From contig CAYXAY010000038.1 of the NCBI GenBank assembly GCA_964463155.1, forward strand, positions 1 through 5,764: 5,764 nucleotides of DNA, in the 5' to 3' direction. The notes under the pieces are model-generated. The model was not told the origin of the DNA and did not search any database. It saw only the letters and a list, made by a program, of their open reading frames with translations. Positions within the stretch are counted from its first letter, which is position 1. Each line of letters begins with the position of its first letter. Below, one piece after another: positions 1 to 5,483 of the stretch. A program made the translations under genes and the position numbers. Source of the stretch: an uncultured archaeon. GTDB taxonomy: Archaea; Iainarchaeota; Iainarchaeia; Iainarchaeales; CSSED10-239.

Positions 1-60
1 AGGGGCTGGACTTAAGATCCAGTGCTTAGTGCTTCGCAGGTTCGAATCCTGCCCCCAGCA
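1..60 (+). tRNA. tRNA-Leu (anticodon UAA), 3' ~60 nt only; the 5' part lies beyond the left edge
   Basis: Anticodon stem 6-10 ctgga / 18-22 tccag with 7-nt loop cttaaga (anticodon TAA at 13-15). Long variable region 23-35, as in class II tRNAs. T arm gcagg-ttcgaat-cctgc at 36-52. Acceptor 3' strand 53-59 and discriminator A60. No encoded CCA. Confidence 0.85.
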
Positions 61-181
61 TAACTGGTTTCGCTCGGTTAATGTGCAGTAGTTTTCATGG
101 TTATCCGCGACAGACCAAAAGAAAACCACACGGAAAATTAATTACATAAAAACCATAGAAGATTAATATTAAAAAATTTAA

Positions 182-547
182 ATGAGAAAGATTATGAAAA
201 AAGATCTAAAGAATTTACAAACTCAAAAGTTGATTGAAAACTTGTATAAGTTGTCAAAGGATAAGAAAAAGGACATCTATTCAGTGGTTGCAAGGATTTT
301 AGAATCTTCAACAAGAAAACAACCATCCAAAAACCTTTTTAACCTTCAAAAGATGACTTGTGTTTTTGATGAAGACATAGTTGTAATTCCAGGAAAGCTT
401 CTAGGCACAGGCAACTTGGAAAAGAAAATAACAATCTATTGCTTGAACGCATCAGAATCAGCAAAAAAGAAATTTAAGGGAATAAAGACATTAAAGGATT
501 TCTGCAAGGATAATGTTGATTACAAAAAAGTAAAATTGATTAAGTAA
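182..547 (+). CDS. rpl18e: 50S ribosomal protein eL18 (L18e)
   Basis: 121-aa ORF of typical L18e length, with the characteristic VVIPGKLLGTG core and a basic N-terminal half. It sits between a tRNA-Leu and rpl13, as in the conserved archaeal cluster. The start is uncertain (ATG 182 or ATG 194) and no GTGA motif lies upstream. Confidence 0.82.
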   Translation: MRKIMKKDLKNLQTQKLIENLYKLSKDKKKDIYSVVARILESSTRKQPSKNLFNLQKMTCVFDEDIVVIPGKLLGTGNLEKKITIYCLNASESAKKKFKGIKTLKDFCKDNVDYKKVKLIK

Positions 548-567
548 AATTTATTTTGGTGAAAAAT

Positions 568-990
568 ATGATAGTATTAAATGCAAAAAACAAAATACTT
601 GGAAGACTTTGCACAGAGATTTCTTCTAGGCTTTTAAGAGGCTCTGAAAAGATTGTGGTAGTAAATGCAAACGATGCATTTATCACAGGATCAAGAGAAG
701 ACATCATGGCAAGGTTCAAGGAAAGAACACACAGAAAAGGAAAAGGTAACCAATTAAAAAACGCAAAATATCCAAGATACCCAGACAAGATGATAAAGTT
801 TGCAGTTAGAGGAATGCTTCCAAGAAATGCAAGAGGCTTTATGACATTAAAGAATCTAAAAGTATTTACTGATATGCCAGAGACATATGTAAAAGACTTG
901 CCAAAGGAAGTTGCAGAAAGACCAAAATTAAAAGGAATGACATTAAACGAGATTTGCGTATTACTTGGCGCAAAAATAAAAAAAAAGTGA
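568..990 (+). CDS. rpl13: 50S ribosomal protein uL13
   Basis: From ATG 568 the product begins MIVLNAKNKILGRL, the canonical uL13 N-terminus. It also has VVVNANDAFITG and RGMLPRN...LKNLKVF motifs. GGTGA at 558-562 lies 5 nt upstream of ATG 568. The ORF track's TTG at 556 is probably too early. Confidence 0.93.
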   Translation: MIVLNAKNKILGRLCTEISSRLLRGSEKIVVVNANDAFITGSREDIMARFKERTHRKGKGNQLKNAKYPRYPDKMIKFAVRGMLPRNARGFMTLKNLKVFTDMPETYVKDLPKEVAERPKLKGMTLNEICVLLGAKIKKK

Positions 991-999
991 GTGAAAAGA

Positions 1000-1401
1000 A
1001 TGGTAAAGAATTATTTTGTTAAATCTTCTAGAAAGACATCTGTTGCAAGATGTATGGCTAAAGCAGGAACTGGGAAGGTCCATATTAACGGAACTCCACT
1101 TGAAGCAATGTATTCAGGTTACAAGCAAGGACTAATAAAGGAACCATTGATACTTCTTAATGAAGAATCAGCAAAGCTTGATTTTTTTGTTAATGTTTCT
1201 GGCGGAGGAGTAATGTCCCAAGTTCAGGTAACAAGATCATGTATTGCAAAAGCAGTGCTGGCAGCAAACAACAGAGAAAAAGTCAGAGAAAAGATTATGA
1301 AATACGACAGACATCTTCTTGTTGACGATGTTAGACAAAAAGAACCGAAAAAACAACTTGGTAAAGGAGCAAGAAAGAAAAAACAACATTCTAAAAGGTG
1401 A
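1000..1401 (+). CDS. rps9: 30S ribosomal protein uS9
   Basis: Motifs [41 protein letters not shown] and the typical C-terminal ...QHSKR. GTGA at 991-994 lies 5 nt upstream of ATG 1000. GTG 991 is an alternative start. Confidence 0.92.
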   Translation: MVKNYFVKSSRKTSVARCMAKAGTGKVHINGTPLEAMYSGYKQGLIKEPLILLNEESAKLDFFVNVSGGGVMSQVQVTRSCIAKAVLAANNREKVREKIMKYDRHLLVDDVRQKEPKKQLGKGARKKKQHSKR

Positions 1402-1409
1402 ATTTTTTT

Positions 1410-1604
1410 ATGATATGTCCAGTGAGATGTTTTACCTGTGGTCAGGTGGTAGCTGACAAGTATGATGAGTATGTTAAACTTACAACTCAGGAGAAGAAAA
1501 CCCCTGAAGAGGCATTAAACATACTTGGCATAACCAAATATTGTTGTAGAAGAATGCTATTAACACATGTTGAGGTTATTGATGATATTATGAAGTATAA
1601 TTAA
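1410..1604 (+). CDS. rpoN: DNA-directed RNA polymerase subunit N (Rpo10, Rpb10 homologue)
   Basis: From ATG 1410 the product begins [14 protein letters not shown] and later has [12 protein letters not shown]. Together these give the CxxC plus CC zinc-site signature of Rpb10/RpoN. The length of about 64 aa fits. GGTGA at 1397-1401 lies 8 nt upstream. Confidence 0.93.
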   Translation: MICPVRCFTCGQVVADKYDEYVKLTTQEKKTPEEALNILGITKYCCRRMLLTHVEVIDDIMKYN

Positions 1605-1617
1605 AGTGTGAAAAATA

Positions 1618-2496
1618 ATGGATAGTAAACCAAAAAAAGAAACTCAAATAGAAAAAAAACAAACACAAGGAAAAACCCTTGTAAACATTGACTTATTTCT
1701 AAAGAACGGAATACATATTGGAACAAAATATAAAAATGGCCCAATGAGAAAATTCGTTTTCAAGTCAAGAAACGACAAGATAAATGTCATGGACGTTCAA
1801 GTGATTGACAAGAGAATAAAAATCGCAATCGATTTCATTTCCAAGTATGAGCCAACAGACATAGTTTTCATATCAAGAAAGAAATATGCTCTTCCAGGAG
1901 TTAAGATTCTTGAGCAGACATTTGGCTATAAGTCAAAGCTAAACAGATTTATACCTGGAACATTTACTAACCCAGAATCAGAACACTTCATGGAACCAAA
2001 ATTAGTATTTATCGCAGACCCTAATGTTGACAGGCAAGCAATTGTTGAAAGCACAAAAGCAAATATCCCAATTGTTGCTCTTTGTACAACTTCAAGTAAT
2101 ACAAGAAACGTTGACTTGATAATTCCTTACAACAACAAAGGAAGAAAATCCGTTGCATTGTTCTTTTGGTTATTGATAAGGGAATTACAATTAAAGAATG
2201 GAGTAATAAAATCAGATAAGGATTTTGCATATGCAATTGAGGATTTGATTTACAATTCAGAATTTGGAGAAAAAGAAATTGATGAAGAACAGCCACTTCC
2301 AGGAAAAAGAACAAGAAAAACTCCAGTAAGAACAACAAGAAGACCAATCGGCGCTGAAAGAAAACCATTAACAGGCGACGCTCCAAAAAGATCATATATA
2401 AGAAGACCACCAATAACACCAGCTCCAGTAGCAACAGAAACTAAGTCAGAAGGGTCAGTAAAAACAGAAACAACAGACAACGGTTCAAAAGAATAG
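1618..2496 (+). CDS. rps2: 30S ribosomal protein uS2 with a short Lys-rich N-terminal extension and a ~80-aa basic Pro/Thr-rich C-terminal extension
   Basis: Core at aa ~21-212 has LFLKNGIHIGTK, FISRKKY, FIPGTFTNP, VFIADPNVDRQAIVES and IPIVALCTTSSN, as in archaeal/eukaryotic uS2. GTGA at 1608-1611 lies 6 nt upstream of the ATG. The tail (aa 213-292) is low complexity. Confidence 0.9.
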   Translation: MDSKPKKETQIEKKQTQGKTLVNIDLFLKNGIHIGTKYKNGPMRKFVFKSRNDKINVMDVQVIDKRIKIAIDFISKYEPTDIVFISRKKYALPGVKILEQTFGYKSKLNRFIPGTFTNPESEHFMEPKLVFIADPNVDRQAIVESTKANIPIVALCTTSSNTRNVDLIIPYNNKGRKSVALFFWLLIRELQLKNGVIKSDKDFAYAIEDLIYNSEFGEKEIDEEQPLPGKRTRKTPVRTTRRPIGAERKPLTGDAPKRSYIRRPPITPAPVATETKSEGSVKTETTDNGSKE

Positions 2497-2547
2497 CTTT
2501 ATTTAATTATCGCTAATATATATATAATAGATTAATGTGAAAAGGTT

Positions 2548-3291
2548 ATGCAGAATAGTAAAATACTAAGTCTTTTGTTAGACCTTGGGCTTACAGAGTA
2601 TGAAGCAAGAACTTTAACTACATTATTTAATTTTGTAGAAGCAGATGCTCCTCATATTAGTAGAAATGCAGAAATTCCAAAGACAAGAATCTATGATGTT
2701 TTAGATAAACTAAAAGAAAAAGGACTAGTTCTAGAGGTTTACGGAAGACCTAAGAAATACAAAGTAATTGAGCCAAGCGAGATATTCAATTATCTTCTTT
2801 ACAGCAAGCAAAAAGAGCTTTCAGTTCTTGACAAGCAAGTAAAAGACATTTTAAGTAAAGAGACATGGACTGGACAAGTAACAGGCGCTCAAGAAAAGAT
2901 ACTACAAGTTAAAAATATTAAAGATTACAATAAACTATTATCTCAGGAATTTGATGATGCAAAAAAAGAGATTACTGGTTTTACACATTTTGATGAAAGA
3001 ATCGATGCTTTTAAAAGCATTTATGAAAAGCCTGAATTAAATGTTAAACTTATTTCAAAGCCAATAGCAAAAAACCATTCTGTTCCAAAGCACTTTTCAA
3101 TACAGGAAAAAGACCATTCAATGGATGCTTTTGTTATTGACAAGAATAAGGTTGTTATGTCTCTAAATGATTTGACAACACCAAAAGAAACATATCACTT
3201 GACAATTCTAAAGAATAATCCATGCCTTGCAAAAGCGTTGCTCTCACACTTTGATGATTATTGGAAAAAGAGCAATAACAACAATCACTAA
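2548..3291 (+). CDS. TrmB-family winged helix-turn-helix transcriptional regulator, short form
   Basis: The N-terminus LGLTEYEARTLTTLFNFVEADAPHISRNAEIPKTRIYDVLDKLKEKGLVLEVYGRPKKYKVIEP matches the TrmB wHTH pattern (LGLSEYEA...VYDVL..L..KGLV....GRPK.Y..V.P). A predicted coiled region follows. At 247 aa it is too short for the full sugar-binding C-terminal domain. GTGA at 2537-2540 lies 7 nt upstream. Confidence 0.8.
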   Translation: MQNSKILSLLLDLGLTEYEARTLTTLFNFVEADAPHISRNAEIPKTRIYDVLDKLKEKGLVLEVYGRPKKYKVIEPSEIFNYLLYSKQKELSVLDKQVKDILSKETWTGQVTGAQEKILQVKNIKDYNKLLSQEFDDAKKEITGFTHFDERIDAFKSIYEKPELNVKLISKPIAKNHSVPKHFSIQEKDHSMDAFVIDKNKVVMSLNDLTTPKETYHLTILKNNPCLAKALLSHFDDYWKKSNNNNH

Positions 3292-3292
3292 T

Positions 3293-3307
3293 TTTTAATT
3301 AAATTTT
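3293..3307 (+). terminator. Oligo-T tracts just after the TrmB-family gene stop, possible archaeal terminator
   Basis: T5 at 3293-3297 and T4 at 3304-3307, within 16 nt of the TAA at 3289-3291. Archaeal termination typically uses oligo-T runs. AT-rich background makes this weak. Confidence 0.35.
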
Positions 3308-3310
3308 CGG

Positions 3311-3347
3311 CAGTATACTGCACATTTATGTGCTGATAAGGGGCCCC
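3311..3347. repeat. Three back-to-back palindromes: CAGTATACTG (3311-3320), GCACAT-tt-ATGTGC (3320-3333), GGGGCCCC (3340-3347)
   Basis: Read directly. The first and third are perfect self-complements. The second has 6-bp arms around a 2-nt centre. Function unknown. Confidence 0.6.
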
Positions 3348-3353
3348 CAATAA

Positions 3354-3614
3354 ACATTAAATTGCGAAGCGATTTGGTTCATTTTAAAAGAACGACACAA
3401 ATGTTCTTATCGTCGTTTAACAGAATTGTTAAACGACATAAATATCTTACGAATGCTTGGCATCCAGAAGTTACCGCACTTTACAACCTTACAAAAATTT
3501 GTAAGTAAAATTAGTAAGGACATTTTACAAAAACTAGTCGGGATAATAACATCACAGTACACATACCATTTAGAAAACCGCCAAGTTATCAGTCAGTATC
3601 TGATAACAGAATAA
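3354..3614 (+). pseudogene. Transposase N-terminal fragment (HTH / DUF772-like region), no ATG
   Basis: The frame is open from 3354 and reads ...AIWFILKERHKCSYRRLTELLNDINILRMLGIQKLPHFTTLQKFVSKISKDILQKLV. This matches the N-terminal pattern of IS5-type transposases (..SYR.L.ELL......LG....P..STL.KF..R...). No ATG lies upstream, only the TTG at 3426. The tail after about 3545 looks like out-of-frame read-through. Confidence 0.6.
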
Positions 3615-3826
3615 AAGCAATGAAACGATTTAGAACTAAATCTTATAACAAAAGATCAATAGTTGAATCAGTAATCTCTGCAATCAAGCGAACAACTGGT
3701 GAATATGTAACTGCGACTAAACTGGATAACCCGCAAAAGCAGGTTATCCTAAAAGTGTTAACTTATAATTTAGAACCTCTGAGTAAAAACAAAAAAGCCA
3801 TTTCTTTTACAATATTAATATTGTAA
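3548..3826 (+). pseudogene. Transposase C-terminal fragment (region around the catalytic Glu of the DDE triad)
   Basis: A different frame is open from 3548 and reads ITVHIPFRKPP...KRFRTKSYNKRSIVESVISAIKRTTGEYVTATKLDNPQKQVILKVLTYNLE. It fits the Y..R..VE..FS.IKR.FG signature at the C-terminus of IS4/IS5-type DDE transposases. The segment carrying the first two Asp residues is absent. Confidence 0.62.
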
Positions 3827-3862
3827 AAGGATTTCTACAGAACCATTATACACAAGCAAAGA

Positions 3863-3870
3863 TTTAAATA
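3863..3870 (+). promoter_or_regulatory. Archaeal TATA box (TTTAAATA) with purine-rich BRE-like gcaaaga just upstream
   Basis: Exact match to the archaeal TATA consensus TTTAWATA. With TATA centred near -26, the predicted TSS is about 3890-3896. That leaves a ~20-nt leader containing GGTGAT before ATG 3915. Confidence 0.45.
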
Positions 3871-3904
3871 TTTTTTCGGTATTTATTTATATGTTTGTTT
3901 TTAT

Positions 3905-3910
3905 GGTGAT
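3905..3910 (+). promoter_or_regulatory. Shine-Dalgarno-like GGTGAT, 4 nt upstream of ATG 3915
   Basis: Complementary to the conserved archaeal 16S 3' end (..GAUCACCUCC). The same (G)GTGA motif precedes the starts at 568, 1000, 1410, 1618 and 2548. Confidence 0.55.
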
Positions 3911-3914
3911 ATCT

Positions 3915-5414
3915 ATGTTTAGATCTAAGAAAGGACAGGCGGCAATGGAAGTTTTAATTATTTTTGGCGTTATGATTATTGGCGTTGTTGTGTTTGGAGC
4001 ATTTTACCTGCAAAATGTTGGAACAAAGATTTCAAGTCCTGCTGGCACTCCAGGAGACAAAGATCCAACAACCCTGATTCAAACAAAATACGATAAGACA
4101 ATAATCAATGACGGGATAATAAACCAGACAAGCATGACAGGTGGCAGTTCATTTGTTAATAAAATAACTGGCGAAATAACAGGCTGTAATAATAATGGAA
4201 TTTGTCAAACACACATAGGCGAAAATTCACTTAATTGTTCTGATTGTTGTAGTGCTTCAGGATGTAGTAATGGTCAATGTAATATTTGTTGTCCAGATAA
4301 TTGTGTTCTAATAGACTCCTGTGAAAATGGAGAATTAGATGTAGACGAAGAAGATATTGATTGTGGGGGGGTTTGTCCTAACAGCTGTATAATCCCCCCA
4401 AATTGTAATGAAAATGAAATCTGTGAACCCCATCTAGGTGAGACTGCCTTAAATTGCCCAACAGATTGTGGTATAGGTTATCTAACTTGTGGAAATGGAA
4501 CATGTGATGCAGGAGAGACTCATTCGACTTGCCCACAAGATTGTAGATGTGGAGATGAATTTTGTGGATACGGTGAAAACACAACCAATTGTTCAACAGA
4601 TTGTTATTGTGGTAACAATAGATGTGATACAGGGGAAAATCGCCTGAATTGTTCGAAAGATTGTTATGAATATTTATTTTTTAAAATTATATCTCCGATT
4701 TCAGATAACGACAATTATTACTTTAGTTTTGTGGGAGAAAACACCCCTGTATTTTTTTATGCTAAACTATTAAGAAACAAAAATGGATCAATAATTGAAT
4801 TAACAAAGGACGAAAAAAAAGAAATTAATGAGGCAGGCTTTACTGTAAATTGGTTTGTAGATAATGGTTTAGAGTTAGCAACAAATAATTATTTTTGGGG
4901 GGAAATTCCAAAAACAACAACCCTATTAGCACAAAGTAATTTAAATATAAGTTATCAAGATGAAATTTCAATAAAGACAAGCGAATCTGAAGAAAATAAA
5001 ATATTAAGTGGAGATCCTAACTCAGAAATAATTTCGTTTATTAAAAAAGAAGAAGATCCAATAACGACAGAAACTATTGCTAAATTTAATAATATAGTAG
5101 AGCTTGGACACAATATTGATTACTTAATTGGTTGTAGTTGGTATTTTGTTAATTTAGACAATTATAAAATACAGCACATATACAATGATTATCGGTGTGG
5201 CTTATCTGAAAGAAACCAATTGTCTTACTATGGTTTTGAAGATGGCCAATCCTATTTAGTATATGTTCAAGCAAAAGCCATGTCAAAAGACGTGGTATAT
5301 TGCCCTCCGCCATCCGTATATGACCAGGCAGTACCAAACTGCTGGGTTACAGTCCCAGCACATCAAATAATAGATACTAGAATGCAAATGATTACTATTG
5401 AATCCAACAAATAG
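3915..5414 (+). CDS. Secreted or surface protein: class III (type IV pilin-like) signal peptide, seven Cys-rich modules, unknown C-terminal domain
   Basis: The ORF is open from ATG 3891. ATG 3915 is preferred because of the SD motif and TATA spacing, and because it gives a short basic leader, MFRSKKG, before QAAMEVLIIFGVMIIGVVVFGAFYL. That is a G/Q cleavage-site pattern with Glu at +5 and a ~25-aa hydrophobic helix. Residues 99-259 (numbered from 3891) hold 30 Cys. Confidence 0.85.
   Translation: MFRSKKGQAAMEVLIIFGVMIIGVVVFGAFYLQNVGTKISSPAGTPGDKDPTTLIQTKYDKTIINDGIINQTSMTGGSSFVNKITGEITGCNNNGICQTHIGENSLNCSDCCSASGCSNGQCNICCPDNCVLIDSCENGELDVDEEDIDCGGVCPNSCIIPPNCNENEICEPHLGETALNCPTDCGIGYLTCGNGTCDAGETHSTCPQDCRCGDEFCGYGENTTNCSTDCYCGNNRCDTGENRLNCSKDCYEYLFFKIISPISDNDNYYFSFVGENTPVFFYAKLLRNKNGSIIELTKDEKKEINEAGFTVNWFVDNGLELATNNYFWGEIPKTTTLLAQSNLNISYQDEISIKTSESEENKILSGDPNSEIISFIKKEEDPITTETIAKFNNIVELGHNIDYLIGCSWYFVNLDNYKIQHIYNDYRCGLSERNQLSYYGFEDGQSYLVYVQAKAMSKDVVYCPPPSVYDQAVPNCWVTVPAHQIIDTRMQMITIESNK
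4185..4667 (+). repeat. In-frame array of Cys-rich modules; the last three (4488-4547, 4548-4607, 4608-4667) are exact 60-nt / 20-aa tandem units
   Basis: Modules are CNNNGICQTHIGENSLNCSDCC, CSNGQCNICCPDNC, CENGELDVDEEDIDCGGVCPNSC, CNENEICEPHLGETALNCPTDC, CGNGTCDAGETHSTCPQDCR, CGDEFCGYGENTTNCSTDCY and CGNNRCDTGENRLNCSKDCY. Common spacing is C-x4/5-C-x8/10-C-x3-C with a central GE. Confidence 0.85.
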
Positions 5415-5431
5415 TGTTCCATAAATAGCGC

Positions 5432-5450
5432 TTTCTATTTTCTTTTTATT
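5432..5450 (+). terminator. Oligo-T terminator candidate for the surface-protein gene
   Basis: ctttctattttctttttatt has T3, T4 (5438-5441) and T5 (5443-5447) runs, 18-36 nt after the TAG at 5412-5414. Confidence 0.45.
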
Positions 5451-5483
5451 CTAAAACAAAAATATTGTTGTATTTACTATAGA

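Larger units (their letters stand above)
3329..3854 (+). mobile_element. Decayed insertion-sequence remnant (IS4/IS5-superfamily DDE type), internally deleted; boundaries uncertain
   Basis: It contains the two transposase fragments listed below. The only end candidates are a weak imperfect inverted pair: tgtgctgataagg (3329-3341) versus the reverse complement of ccattatacaca (3843-3854), which needs two gaps. Confidence 0.45.

Noticed and set aside
80-90. aatgtgcagta, an 11-nt inverted copy of tactgcacatt at 3316-3326, possibly a third copy of the TGCACAT motif
   Set aside because: The match does not extend beyond 11-12 nt. Matches of this length in either orientation are expected by chance in a window of this size and composition. 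It is kept only as a note.
61-120. Relatively GC-rich spacer after the tRNA, with partial pairing of ggtttcgc (66-73) to gcgacagacc (107-116), as a possible small RNA
   Set aside because: The pairing needs two bulges in a short stem and there is no convincing internal structure or box motif. It is more likely a tRNA trailer or operon promoter region.
540-788. 82-aa ORF on the minus strand
   Set aside because: It lies antisense to the well-supported rpl13 gene and overlaps the rpl18e stop. The Phe/Leu/Ser-rich product is typical of a shadow ORF opposite an AT-rich, Lys-rich gene.
978-986. A9 run at the end of rpl13 as a possible frameshift or slippery site
   Set aside because: It simply encodes the Lys-rich C-terminus (KIKKK) just before the stop. 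No alternative frame continues, and the next gene has its own start.
2021-2480. Two minus-strand ORFs (137 aa and 76 aa)
   Set aside because: Both are fully antisense to rps2. Their low-complexity Leu/Phe-rich and Val/Gly/Ser-rich products mirror the Lys/Glu and Pro/Thr codons of the real gene.
3304-3879. TTTTCGG at 3304-3310 and 3873-3879 as a target-site duplication flanking the IS remnant
   Set aside because: The sequences just inside these 7-mers (cagtatactgcac... and the complement of ...gatttaaatatt) show no inverted-repeat relationship. A T-rich 7-mer repeat is also expected by chance here.
3891-3914. Upstream ATGs (3891, 3903) as the start of the pilin-like gene
   Set aside because: They would add a hydrophobic MFVFMVIS prefix before the basic leader, which is atypical for class III signals. 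The TATA box at 3863-3870 predicts a TSS at about 3890-3896. GGTGAT at 3905-3910 is correctly spaced for ATG 3915. This is not fully excluded.
4378-5337. Minus-strand ORFs 4378-4596 (72 aa) and 5149-5337 (62 aa)
   Set aside because: They are antisense to the 507-codon ORF, whose repeat structure and signal peptide strongly support the + strand reading. Neither has an SD motif or recognisable features.
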